From the sequence record NC_018859.1: a stretch of DNA of 64,000 nucleotides, one strand, 5' to 3'. Positions 30,763 through 39,408 of the stretch are shown in pieces (the first letter of the stretch is position 1; each line of letters starts with the position of its first letter). The position numbers were made by a program, and so were the translations under genes. Origin of the DNA: Escherichia phage ECBP2. Under the pieces are notes generated by a model, which saw only the letters and a list, made by a program, of their open reading frames with translations, searched no databases and was not told the DNA's origin.

Positions 30763-30800
30763 CCCCCAACCTGTAAAAAGGAAGGGGGCTTCTTTATTTC
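30763..30800 (+). terminator. terminator-like hairpin at the end of the + strand module
   Basis: AGCCCCC-(16 nt loop)-GGGGGCT followed by TCTTTATTTC. Confidence 0.4.
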
Positions 30801-30987
30801 TAGATATAGATTCGACATTTTGATATCAAACCTTTATCACTTCTCTTGCCATATCTACTATACAGTAGGGGTGTGTCCTTGCTCTTAATAGAAACCATTA
30901 GAACAAAGAGAAAACCCAAGGCTATTAGAATCCATCGAATTCATCATACATCCCAATTTTCTTCTTCGAAGTCAATCATAAGACCTC

Positions 30988-31290
30988 CTAGATTAGATCA
31001 TAATACTTAATAATATCAGAGAGCTTAAACTCTCGAATGTCATTCTTGTCATTGTCCCAAGCGGTCATTATCCAACAAGGTTTGCCCCCATTATGATAAC
31101 GGGAAGAAGCAACTGAGGTTCGTATAGGAACAACGGAGCGGTCTGCAATTTCACCTCTCCAATTACGATAGCTAAAGCGAAGAGTTTGTGTCGTAGATAC
31201 TTGATCATTTGTATTTTCCTTGTTCATAGATTCAAAGACTTCCTTCTCTTCAGGAGTCTCTAGATTTTTTAAATTCGCGTCTTGCATCAT
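30988..31290 (-). CDS. hypothetical protein (last gene of the - strand module)
   Basis: ORF 30988..31347; the internal ATG-ATG at 31290 is preceded by AAGGAAG, which limits overlap with the upstream HNH gene. Confidence 0.45.
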   Translation of the reverse strand: MMQDANLKNLETPEEKEVFESMNKENTNDQVSTTQTLRFSYRNWRGEIADRSVVPIRTSVASSRYHNGGKPCWIMTAWDNDKNDIREFKLSDIIKYYDLI

Positions 31291-31654
31291 TCTCTTCCTT
31301 AGTTTTAATCTTATGGCAAGGTTCTTTACACAAGACTTGAAAGCCATCTACCTCAACCAAAGCTCTCTCAATGATTTCATCCCAAGATGCTTCATGGTCC
31401 ACTGGAACAATAGGATTAATGTGGTCAACAGCTACTTCCTTAAGAGGAGAGTCATTACCACACATGGCACACTTGTAGTGCATTGCCAGCTTGCCAGTCT
31501 TAGGGTTGATCTTACGTTCTGTCTGAGCTTCTTTGAGAGCATCAAACATAGGCTTCCACTTTCTAGTCAGAGAACGAATCCCTGACTTGATGAAGGAATT
31601 ATAACGTGCTTCAGTCCACTGGTTTGAACATCTTGTTTTCTCAGCCTTCGCCAT
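31250..31654 (-). CDS. HNH endonuclease
   Basis: 134 aa with CAMCG...AVDHINPI...LCKEPCH, the HNH zinc-finger pattern. Confidence 0.6.
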   Translation of the reverse strand: MAKAEKTRCSNQWTEARYNSFIKSGIRSLTRKWKPMFDALKEAQTERKINPKTGKLAMHYKCAMCGNDSPLKEVAVDHINPIVPVDHEASWDEIIERALVEVDGFQVLCKEPCHKIKTKEENDARREFKKSRDS

Positions 31655-31832
31655 AACCTACATCCATATCAGCGTCTTCCCAAATACGTTTGTTAATACG
31701 ATGTGATTCTTTTTCAGCACGAGGGATACGTCCAGTACGACGATCAAATGCTTGATGTTTAATCTTCTGGTCTTTACGAGACTCACGATTAGAGGAATTT
31801 TCATCATACGAACGATAGTCAAATTTACCCAT
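31641..31832 (-). CDS. hypothetical basic protein
   Basis: 63-aa ORF rich in Arg/Lys/Asp. Confidence 0.3.
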   Translation of the reverse strand: MGKFDYRSYDENSSNRESRKDQKIKHQAFDRRTGRIPRAEKESHRINKRIWEDADMDVGYGEG

Positions 31833-31845
31833 TATAATATCCTTA

Positions 31846-32664
31846 TTACCAAGTTTTATCTAACCATGACCATTCAAAGAGGTCACCTTCAGCTTGTCCG
31901 ACGAAGAGCAATCGAGCATTTTCTAGCATCTTAGCTTCTGCTTCTTCCTCGAACCTCTTATAGTATTCCATTCGTATAATGTGATAAAGAGTACACTTAT
32001 CGAATACCTTCTCAATAAGTTTGATTGCAGCCTTGCTACCAATACCTTTACGACGCATAACTAGGTTGCCACCCCACATCATTTCAACTTTCTCACCACA
32101 TCCGGGGATGTTGTCTGTACTGTCCCCAATCAACATCTGATAGAAGAAGTTCTGCCATGCTACTTCCTCTGATACATAATGAGGAGGTACTTCTTTCTGT
32201 CGTTCACCACAAGCCCAGCGATAATGCCATCCGGGAGTGATTAACAAATCCTTATCACGAGTACAGATGATAGTGTTCTTCTCAATACGTTGTCGTTCAG
32301 CGAGTGCATCATCTGCTTCTCTACCAAACACCTCAACGTACTGATAATGTTCTTTGATGTAATCACTAACGTTCTGCCAATGATGTGGCCTTTCTCCCGG
32401 AGGTCGGTTAGCTTTGTAACCTTGTTGCTGAGCAATATCAAATCGGAAGTTACCACCTTCACTAAAATAGAAGACAGTTCTTTCACAACCAGCTCTTGAG
32501 ATGATTACATCAATCTTATGTTGGAGACGTTCAATCAAGAATCCATAATCAACTGGAACACGACCTGTGTCTAGAAAAGGATGCTCTTGTGTAAGAGCAC
32601 CAACCTCATACCGTAGAACATCTCCGTCCACAATCGCTACTTCTGGATAAGATATATCACTCAT
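31846..32664 (-). CDS. 5'-3' exonuclease / flap endonuclease (FEN, PIN-like)
   Basis: VAIVDGD, EADD, DKD and GDSTDNIPG motifs; ATG at 32664 follows GGAGGAA (ORF-track start at 32715 is further upstream). Confidence 0.8.
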   Translation of the reverse strand: MSDISYPEVAIVDGDVLRYEVGALTQEHPFLDTGRVPVDYGFLIERLQHKIDVIISRAGCERTVFYFSEGGNFRFDIAQQQGYKANRPPGERPHHWQNVSDYIKEHYQYVEVFGREADDALAERQRIEKNTIICTRDKDLLITPGWHYRWACGERQKEVPPHYVSEEVAWQNFFYQMLIGDSTDNIPGCGEKVEMMWGGNLVMRRKGIGSKAAIKLIEKVFDKCTLYHIIRMEYYKRFEEEAEAKMLENARLLFVGQAEGDLFEWSWLDKTW

Positions 32665-33100
32665 GATTTCCTCCATGGTGTCGGATAAGGTGACAATTAG
32701 CACAGAGCATGACATATTTATCTAACTCTGCCTTAAGTTTAGGCCAGTACCGATAGTATGAAGGGTTTTCGTCTTTTGTTTGTTCATCCAGATGATGGAA
32801 CTGCATAACACAAGGTGGGTATTCTTTTTTACAATCTAAGCAAACACCTCCCATGTATTCTATTGCTTTTATCTTAAGATCTCTATTTGCCTTATTAGCA
32901 ACCTCTTGCCGTCTTTTTCTATTGGCAGCATACCAAGCTCTTTTCTTTTCTGCGGTACAAATCTTACAAGTTCCAGTCACACCCTTAGTGCACACCTTAT
33001 TGGGGTGATATTCTGTTAGGGCTTTTTCAACCCCACAAACGTTACACACCTTAGTATCTGCATCCACAATTGCTACTTCAGGATAGATTACATCAGGCAT
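32657..33100 (-). CDS. HNH endonuclease (zinc-finger type) carrying a copy of the FEN N-terminus
   Basis: CNVCG...CKIC...FHHL...LCANCH; ATG at 33100 follows GGAGAG (ORF-track start at 33124 is TTG); first 15 codons mirror the FEN start. Confidence 0.6.
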   Translation of the reverse strand: MPDVIYPEVAIVDADTKVCNVCGVEKALTEYHPNKVCTKGVTGTCKICTAEKKRAWYAANRKRRQEVANKANRDLKIKAIEYMGGVCLDCKKEYPPCVMQFHHLDEQTKDENPSYYRYWPKLKAELDKYVMLCANCHLIRHHGGNHE

Positions 33101-33692
33101 AGAGATCTCTCCGTGTCTGTGCAATACTGTACTCTAAATACTCCACTGCCTCTTCTACAGAACCATCATTAAAGAGAAGATAGGTTGAAAGGTTCGTGCC
33201 TTCAATATAGGAACGAGAGTCTCCTTCAAAAGTACATCCATCCCGATAAATCTGAATTACTCGAACATCGAAATGCTTTTCCAGTTCTTCAACTTCTGCT
33301 TTGAATCCACCATCAGAGAAAACGATAACATCGTTCTGTCCTAGCAGTTGTTGTTGTTGAATGCTGCTAACAGCAAGTTTACCCATGCAGGTATCCCCAA
33401 ACATTGGCTTCAGATAGTTCTCACTAGTTGAAATCATCAAATCTCGAACTGACTTACCGCCCCATTCAGGACGGTTATGTTCTTTCCACTCACGGTCGTT
33501 GTACAGCTCCATGAACTCATGAAGAGGGAGACCTAATGCAGCAGCAGCCACTCGATACATAGGCTCCTTAAAAGCCTTTACATGAGGTCTAAACTCATCG
33601 TTACCGAGTGTCTTCTCTAACCAAGAATTAGCGATTGTATCTTTACCACAACCCGGTGGTCCATTCAGAATTACTACTAATGGTTTACTCAT
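33093..33692 (-). CDS. P-loop kinase (putative deoxynucleoside monophosphate kinase)
   Basis: Walker A GPPGCGKDT at residues 11-19; start overlaps the upstream stop (TAATGA). Confidence 0.5.
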   Translation of the reverse strand: MSKPLVVILNGPPGCGKDTIANSWLEKTLGNDEFRPHVKAFKEPMYRVAAAALGLPLHEFMELYNDREWKEHNRPEWGGKSVRDLMISTSENYLKPMFGDTCMGKLAVSSIQQQQLLGQNDVIVFSDGGFKAEVEELEKHFDVRVIQIYRDGCTFEGDSRSYIEGTNLSTYLLFNDGSVEEAVEYLEYSIAQTRRDLYA

Positions 33693-34342
33693 TATTGAAT
33701 CATCCCTTGAAGATCTTCTTTATCAAAGTGCTTCTCTACTACCGCTTCATACAGATCACGATTCTCTGCATAACGGCGATAGAAAGTTCCGTGTGAAATT
33801 CCCAGCTCCTGCTGGATGTGATCATGAGGTATTCCAAGGAAGAGCATAGAGAACATGCTTGCCATTTTCTTGGTATCCATAATATCACTTAAGTCTTGGA
33901 AGAAGAAAAAGATTCTAGATTCCAAGAATGGGTCTCCAGTAGAGTCATGCTTATCCATCGCAATCTCTAAAGGACTTTCCCACGAGTTCATCTCAGGAGG
34001 TCTAAACATATCAGCCTCTGGAATAGAGTAGATACGTCGGTCTCCAACTGTCTGACGGTTAGAACGAATTGACCAGATGATATTCTTAACACGATAAGTC
34101 ATGTGCTCAATATCTTTTTCATCAGTGAGCAGAAGTTCTTCTTGCTTTGCAAACACAAAACGCCAAGCGTTCAGTAACACTTCCTGAGCAACATCCTCTG
34201 CTTCGTGATAATCTTTAATGTCATACATAAAATACTTATGCACAACTTTCCAGTTCTCCCGATAGAATTCATCGAAGGTTGGATAATACTTAATAGGAAT
34301 GCCATGAATACGATAGCGTGTAGGTGTTGTCTTTTTCTTCAT
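33692..34342 (-). CDS. sigma-70 family (ECF-like) sigma factor
   Basis: Region-2-like [14 protein letters not shown] and region-4 HTH-like [23 protein letters not shown]; RBS AAGGACGA. Confidence 0.6.
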   Translation of the reverse strand: MKKKTTPTRYRIHGIPIKYYPTFDEFYRENWKVVHKYFMYDIKDYHEAEDVAQEVLLNAWRFVFAKQEELLLTDEKDIEHMTYRVKNIIWSIRSNRQTVGDRRIYSIPEADMFRPPEMNSWESPLEIAMDKHDSTGDPFLESRIFFFFQDLSDIMDTKKMASMFSMLFLGIPHDHIQQELGISHGTFYRRYAENRDLYEAVVEKHFDKEDLQGMIQ

Positions 34343-34366
34343 AAGTCGTCCTTAACTTACTTTACA

Positions 34367-34591
34367 TTAAACTACGCAGAATAAATACATAGCCGTTTCA
34401 GGGCAAGGGATGGCTGTCTGAATGCCACTCACTTTAATCCACATATCCTCTTCAGAGTCATAATAGGCCCAATAGGATTGATCTCCATCTACAAAGAACT
34501 TAAAGGTTCGTCCCCAAATCTGGTTGTTATACTCCCATACTGCATGAAATTGAGTAACACCTTCTGGTATTGTAAGTTCCGCTCTGATCAT
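34367..34591 (-). CDS. hypothetical protein
   Basis: 74-aa ORF. Confidence 0.4.
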   Translation of the reverse strand: MIRAELTIPEGVTQFHAVWEYNNQIWGRTFKFFVDGDQSYWAYYDSEEDMWIKVSGIQTAIPCPETAMYLFCVV

Positions 34592-34848
34592 TGTATCCCT
34601 CTCTTCTTGAGAGCTTTCAGTAAACCATTATGGTTAGCAGCACAGGTTGTGTAGTTGTCCTGATACCACTCTAATGTTGTTGCAAATGCCACTCCCTGTG
34701 CACTCTGAAGCAAAGGGAGATCAACATCACATTCAGCTTTTAGGTTTGTTGGTAAGGGCACTAGCTGCCTGCTGTTGTCGCTCGTTGAACAAGCTGACAA
34801 ATTCATCGCTAGCACACACATTGTAAAAAACTGGCTTAGTCTTTTCAT
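34588..34848 (-). CDS. o-spanin (outer-membrane lipoprotein, Rz1-like)
   Basis: Signal peptide ending in lipobox LSAC; begins inside the 3' end of the i-spanin gene in another frame. Confidence 0.55.
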   Translation of the reverse strand: MKRLSQFFTMCVLAMNLSACSTSDNSRQLVPLPTNLKAECDVDLPLLQSAQGVAFATTLEWYQDNYTTCAANHNGLLKALKKRGIQ

Positions 34849-35080
34849 AATGCATCTCTTTGTAAATAGTTTCTGTGTTCTTCTTCCAGTTTGATAAACC
34901 AGTTAGAACTTTCTGAGCTACTTCATCAGCAGCCTTAGCTCTCTCTATCTCTATCTCTTGCTGTTTCTTCTCTTGGTCAAGAGCATTACTATCATTTCGA
35001 TATTGCTCAAACTTCATACCACCAAAGAAAACCAGAGCTGTAAAGATTAAGAAGCCGATATTATTTTGAAGCTTTTCCAT
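34733..35080 (-). CDS. i-spanin (Rz-like)
   Basis: N-terminal TM helix IGFLIFTALVFFGG followed by a coiled-coil region; ATG at 35080 follows GGAG (ORF-track GTG start at 35104 lies inside a terminator hairpin). Confidence 0.55.
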   Translation of the reverse strand: MEKLQNNIGFLIFTALVFFGGMKFEQYRNDSNALDQEKKQQEIEIERAKAADEVAQKVLTGLSNWKKNTETIYKEMHYEKTKPVFYNVCASDEFVSLFNERQQQAASALTNKPKS

Positions 35081-35093
35081 TTTAACTCCAACG

Positions 35094-35115
35094 AAAAAAG
35101 CCACCCGAAGGTGGC
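35094..35115 (-). terminator. rho-independent terminator (UUCG loop)
   Basis: On the - strand: GCCACC-TTCG-GGTGGC followed by TTTTTT. Confidence 0.55.
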
Positions 35116-35139
35116 TAAGCTATTACAAGGAGAGATTCA

Positions 35140-35880
35140 TTAGAAAGGGCTGTCATCTTCTTCAAAGGTAGATTGCGGCTCTTCATTAATAGTAGGGATA
35201 CTTGGAGTCGCGTCTTTCTGTTCAGTGTCAGAAGCGCGAGTAACTTCACGACCGGCCAGAGGAATGTTTTTAGCATCGTTAGCTTGAGTCAGAAGGTTAC
35301 GTTGGAATGGAAACATAGCTTGATAAGCAGCCAAGTTGGCGTCAGTTTCAGCGTACGGTTCGAAGAAGATAAGGTCGCTACGAGGAGCACCTACTGCATC
35401 ACGATACTTGGTCGGGATTGGAGTGATGCTCTTGATGGAGTTTTTCTTCTCACCAGCTTTGTTGGTGTAAGAGTTAACTAGAATGTTGACAGGCTGACCA
35501 AGCAGCATATCTTTGAACCAACCCAAATCACCTTTCAGTGCTTGAACACTTGGGTCGATCATTTTAATTAGGTTCAGAATACCAGAGTTCTTAGCTCGTG
35601 GGTTTACATCGAAGGATTTAAACTGACAAGCAGGACGTGGGTCCAATGCCTTACCATCACTATCTGTACCAGTTGCGTCAACACCAATCAGTTCAAATGC
35701 CAAGTCCATACGGAAAGCTGGGTTCTTAGGAGTAACTGCTTTGGTCTTAGGGTCAATCCAAGGGTCACGATTGTGAACACCTAAACCTACTACACGAACA
35801 ATTCGTGCTTCGTACTCGCCATCAGGGATTACATCGTAGTTGGATTTACGGGATACAGACAGTTCAGGGATCATAGACAT
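35140..35880 (-). CDS. single-stranded DNA-binding protein (T7 gp2.5-like, putative)
   Basis: 246 aa ending in the acidic tail STFEEDDSPF with C-terminal Phe; RBS AAGGAA. Confidence 0.45.
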   Translation of the reverse strand: MSMIPELSVSRKSNYDVIPDGEYEARIVRVVGLGVHNRDPWIDPKTKAVTPKNPAFRMDLAFELIGVDATGTDSDGKALDPRPACQFKSFDVNPRAKNSGILNLIKMIDPSVQALKGDLGWFKDMLLGQPVNILVNSYTNKAGEKKNSIKSITPIPTKYRDAVGAPRSDLIFFEPYAETDANLAAYQAMFPFQRNLLTQANDAKNIPLAGREVTRASDTEQKDATPSIPTINEEPQSTFEEDDSPF

Positions 35881-35939
35881 ATTAATATTTCCTTATATAA
35901 ATTTAAGATTGTTGCTCTCTTTGAGCGGTTGGTATACTA

Positions 35940-35948
35940 TATACATTA
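35940..35948 (-). promoter_or_regulatory. TAATGTATA promoter-like motif
   Basis: Exact motif on the - strand about 60 nt upstream of the SSB start, inside a 350-nt ORF-free region. Confidence 0.35.
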
Positions 35949-36010
35949 CACCTATACAGATAAGGTTCTATTATACTATAACCTTTTTGGTAGTAGATAA
36001 CAGTAAGTAG

Positions 36011-36019
36011 TAATGTATA
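36011..36019 (+). promoter_or_regulatory. orphan TAATGTATA motif on the + strand (possible ncRNA or antisense promoter)
   Basis: Exact motif with no + strand ORF downstream before 36229. Confidence 0.25.
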
Positions 36020-36228
36020 TATGGTATAGTTAGTAAAACTATTGCACGGGACCGACGACTATAAGGCGCGGACAACCACCTCTCATAAGTTTGTTAGAAA
36101 TTGAGAGACTACCGGAAGGGCAGGAGACACCTGCGAGATAAAAATAGAGAATTAAGGAAATCCTTGATTTAGGTTGAGGACTCCTAGGACTTTGATTCTC
36201 TATTAAAATCAAAAGAAAACTAATTAAC

Positions 36229-36825
36229 TTACCATTCAATAAACTGATTTAGATTAGTATACTTAACTTCTCTCTGAAACTGAAGATTAGATTCTCTCTG
36301 TTTAGTAAGAAGATTAAGTTCATCTTCCTTTCTTTTATCAAACTCTTTTCTAATCTCTTGCAGAGACACAGCTCTGTAATCAATTTGTTCCATAGAAGTA
36401 CAAAAGTATCTCCAATCTTTGATAGTAGAGTTATGAGTATGAGCATAGATATTATACTTTCCTCTCATTTCATCAGAGTGAATAGGAATATGAGTTACCC
36501 AAAACTCTTTGTACTTATAATCACCACTGATGTGTCTAAAGACTTTCATCATATCAGGGAGAAGTTCTAATCTGTCATGATTTCCTAAGACAAGATGTTT
36601 CTCTCCTTTTACTTCAGCGATGATATCAAGGGCATACTTTTCAAACACCCAATCACCGGTAAAGAAAGTTTTATCACGTTTAGTAACATGGTCAAACGCT
36701 GCTAAGATAGCTTTGTCGTGTTCTTCAATACTACTAAACCTCTTCCTAAAGCTACAGATGTTACGATGGCCTAGGTGACCATCACCTGCAAAATAAACTT
36801 CAGCCATTCTCGTATGTGTCCTCAT
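36229..36825 (-). CDS. calcineurin-like metallophosphoesterase
   Basis: GDGHLGH, GNHD and HTH motifs; start uncertain (MRTHTR at 36825 or MAEVYF at 36807). Confidence 0.65.
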   Translation of the reverse strand: MRTHTRMAEVYFAGDGHLGHRNICSFRKRFSSIEEHDKAILAAFDHVTKRDKTFFTGDWVFEKYALDIIAEVKGEKHLVLGNHDRLELLPDMMKVFRHISGDYKYKEFWVTHIPIHSDEMRGKYNIYAHTHNSTIKDWRYFCTSMEQIDYRAVSLQEIRKEFDKRKEDELNLLTKQRESNLQFQREVKYTNLNQFIEW

Positions 36826-37057
36826 AATATGAGTAGTTGAAGGATTCAGCTTTCGTTTCAGCCTCCTCCATATCGTCTGTTTCCAGAATCACTCTCCAGC
36901 CAGAACCGTTAGGATATTCAGCTCCCTCATCTAGCCAGACTTTGTATCGTTTAGATTGTGCAACCATCGCAGATGTAATCTCCACTAAGAGACTCTTGTA
37001 GGAGTCGAGATTGCTCATCGGCATACAGAGCATCAATTTCTTCCTTGAGCTTTGCAA
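36800..37057 (-). CDS. small hypothetical protein, paralog of 37535..37735
   Basis: Shares KYxVW..E...GW..IL.TDD.EEAE...NYS.YYE with 37535..37735; true start probably internal. Confidence 0.4.
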   Translation of the reverse strand: MQSSRKKLMLCMPMSNLDSYKSLLVEITSAMVAQSKRYKVWLDEGAEYPNGSGWRVILETDDMEEAETKAESFNYSYYEDTYENG

Positions 37058-37154
37058 GTTCTACGAAGTTTATCAATTGACCATAATCCGTCGCATCAGT
37101 GACGAATTGAAACAAACCTTTACCTTCAGCTTTAACAATATACTCTTTAGACAT
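36951..37154 (-). CDS. hypothetical protein
   Basis: 67-aa ORF. Confidence 0.35.
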   Translation of the reverse strand: MSKEYIVKAEGKGLFQFVTDATDYGQLINFVELAKLKEEIDALYADEQSRLLQESLSGDYICDGCTI

Positions 37155-37378
37155 TATAAGATCTCCCTTTGTTTGCTGTTAATGACCGTCATCGCTGTGA
37201 CTGGATTGTTTGTTCCAAGATATTCCAGAACAGGGACACCCTTAGTCGGTTTATCAGCCTCTGTGTAATTCTTAACCTTGCCACCAAGAACCGCTAGAGA
37301 AGCCTGAGCTTCCGCTTCATCATAGTGAATTCGGTCAACTGTTTTCTTTCCAATCCTATAAGTGTGAACGTAAATCAT
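37154..37378 (-). CDS. hypothetical protein
   Basis: 74-aa ORF. Confidence 0.4.
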   Translation of the reverse strand: MIYVHTYRIGKKTVDRIHYDEAEAQASLAVLGGKVKNYTEADKPTKGVPVLEYLGTNNPVTAMTVINSKQREIL

Positions 37379-37581
37379 TTAACTTCCTCAATATCAACTA
37401 ATTCAAAACTTCCTATTTCTTCAAGCTTAATAATCTCTTTAACCTTCTCAACAGCTTTAATAGGGTTTTCTTCTTCTACAACTTTACACCCTGATACTTC
37501 AAGACTGCCTGTTCCACGAAGGTATAAATTCAACTTATAAACTACTTTGTAGTATTTCATCGTGCTCCCAATTTCTTTCAT
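37375..37581 (-). CDS. hypothetical protein
   Basis: 68-aa ORF; start uncertain. Confidence 0.35.
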   Translation of the reverse strand: MKEIGSTMKYYKVVYKLNLYLRGTGSLEVSGCKVVEEENPIKAVEKVKEIIKLEEIGSFELVDIEEVK

Positions 37582-37735
37582 AATATCCAGAGTTGTAGTT
37601 TAGGGCGCATTTCTCGGCCTCTTCTATGTCATCTGTGTTTAGGATATTAACCCAACCACCAACTTCATCAAAACCCTCTTCTTCTTCATTAAACCATACG
37701 CTGTATTTCTTCATCTTGATAAGACTCTCCCCCAA
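37535..37735 (-). CDS. small hypothetical protein, paralog of 36800..37057
   Basis: 66 aa; shared motif with 36800..37057. Confidence 0.4.
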   Translation of the reverse strand: MGESLIKMKKYSVWFNEEEEGFDEVGGWVNILNTDDIEEAEKCALNYNSGYYERNWEHDEILQSSL

Positions 37736-37886
37736 TCCTTGATGTAACAGCGACCGTCAACCCACTTTGTATCTGACTTAAATTCTTGAGACAGTCTCAC
37801 TTCACAATCTTCTCTACTGGCATCCCCTCCGATATCAATCAGATACAGGAATAGGGCTATACCTAAAGCCCAAAGAATTAACTTCT

Positions 37887-38279
37887 TCATCGTATCACCA
37901 GAGGCTCTTCAGAGTATACAGGAGAGGCTATTTCTACCGGAGGTGCTGCTCTAAGGTCATTAAGCCTTACGCCCTTCAGCATACCATCTAGGTGGTCCAT
38001 TTTAGGGATACCTACAGGGAAGTCATCAATCCAAACATCCACAAAGAAACCCAAGCTCTGGGTGACGGAATCCTTCTGAACACCGTTGCAAAAGATAACA
38101 GGAATATCTAGACTTGCTGCATCTGCTAGAAGCTCCTCATTTGAATACCCATTGGGTTGAGCAAAACGATAGGTGACAATACGTACATCATGTCCACGAG
38201 ATTTCATAAGACCTACAATGTGGGTCCACATCTCTTTGTCCACTGTAAAAGTATCATCATAATCTAAACCAATATTCAT
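37887..38279 (-). CDS. HAD-like phosphatase/nucleotidase (putative)
   Basis: N-terminal IGLDYDDT resembles the HAD motif I DxDxT. Confidence 0.4.
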   Translation of the reverse strand: MNIGLDYDDTFTVDKEMWTHIVGLMKSRGHDVRIVTYRFAQPNGYSNEELLADAASLDIPVIFCNGVQKDSVTQSLGFFVDVWIDDFPVGIPKMDHLDGMLKGVRLNDLRAAPPVEIASPVYSEEPLVIR

Positions 38280-38300
38280 ATTAGCCTCTTAGACAAGAAA

Positions 38301-38317
38301 AGCCACCCGAAGGTAGC
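38301..38317 (-). terminator. terminator-like hairpin (UUCG loop)
   Basis: On the - strand: AGCTACC-TTCG-GGTGGCT followed by TTTCTTGTCT. Confidence 0.4.
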
Positions 38318-38560
38318 TTATTTATTTTGTGTTTCCAGCTCGATAATACGAACCTTCAATCCATTGATTTCTGCATCAGCAGCTTCTAACTTAATCAAAC
38401 TTTCTTCAGCGTTAGCTTCAATCTGGATAACAGCAGTAGTCAGTTCATACAAAGCTTGACGTAAGGTATCCTTACCCATAGAGTGAATCTGTGCAAGGAG
38501 GTGTTGTTTACCTTCAGATGTTTCCAGAGTTTCTTTTAATTCTTTAGAGGTTAGAGTCAC
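38318..38560 (-). CDS. hypothetical coiled-coil protein
   Basis: 80-aa ORF. Confidence 0.45.
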   Translation of the reverse strand: MTLTSKELKETLETSEGKQHLLAQIHSMGKDTLRQALYELTTAVIQIEANAEESLIKLEAADAEINGLKVRIIELETQNK

Positions 38561-38562
38561 TA

Positions 38563-38757
38563 TTAATTCCTTTCGTAGATTTTGAGAACTGTACCACCAT
38601 CTTCTTCAATCTGAGCAACGACTTCATCGCGTTCTTCATCAGAATAAACTAGTTGGTTATGAAATTTACCAGTGGAGTCTTGATAATAGATATTCCACTT
38701 TGGAGCAGGTTTACGAATCAGGTCCATCATTTGGCTTTCTCCTCTCGTTCTACCCAT
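38563..38757 (-). CDS. hypothetical protein
   Basis: 64-aa ORF. Confidence 0.4.
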   Translation of the reverse strand: MGRTRGESQMMDLIRKPAPKWNIYYQDSTGKFHNQLVYSDEERDEVVAQIEEDGGTVLKIYERN

Positions 38758-38942
38758 GTTTGAAATAATTCACCGTAATCTTTGGCGTCTTCAAAACGCC
38801 CTTCATCCTGTGCGAGCTTCTGTTGATTCAAGCACCATTCAGAACTTTTTACTTCTTCCACTTCCTTGTCTCCTTAAAAAGAACTAATCAATAAGACTAG
38901 TTCATTTCGTAATACCATTCAACTCTTCCACTGAACTAATCA

Positions 38943-39254
38943 CTACTTCTCCACCACAAAGAGGTTAACTTCAATGAAAGTTTCGTATTGTGTTGACTCC
39001 TGCTTACGGGTGTAGTAGAAATGACGACCTTCTAATGCACCTCCGTACTGAGTGGCACATCTTTTAACCATCTCTTTTATCACATCTATAACTGATACGC
39101 CTTTCCACGGACGTAACCCATGAGTAGGAATTTCTGCTGTGCAGGTTACTTGTGTATAACCTACATCTTGTAGAGGTGTCTCAAGAATCAGCTTTGCCCA
39201 AGCATCAAAATTAAGCTTGGGGTTATATTTAACTTCAGTTTTGATATCAATCAT
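38943..39254 (-). CDS. hypothetical protein
   Basis: 103 aa; start overlaps the polymerase exon-2 stop (TAATG). Confidence 0.45.
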   Translation of the reverse strand: MIDIKTEVKYNPKLNFDAWAKLILETPLQDVGYTQVTCTAEIPTHGLRPWKGVSVIDVIKEMVKRCATQYGGALEGRHFYYTRKQESTQYETFIEVNLFVVEK

Positions 39255-39408
39255 TAGTGAGTATGATTCCAGTTTAATCCAATCTTACAATCAGATGCAA
39301 GAGGACATTCCATCTTGAGATATTCCCCTGCTTTACGGACACACTCTTCAGTGAGAGTGCGCAGAATATTAACATCATCACGATGTACAGTGAACTGGCC
39401 TTCATCCA
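39254..39408 (-). CDS. DNA polymerase (family A, T7-like) C-terminal segment (exon 2)
   Basis: Translation DEGQFTVHRDDVNIL...KIGLNWNHTH carries the motif-C Asp-Glu and the G.NW..H terminus; not part of any ORF-track entry. Confidence 0.6.

Noticed and set aside
30676-30888. 70-aa + strand ORF after the 1472-aa gene
   Set aside because: It overlaps the terminator hairpin and the strand-switch region and has no RBS.
36039-36239. 66-aa - strand ORF in the long intergenic region
   Set aside because: No RBS and low-complexity translation; the region looks regulatory or non-coding.
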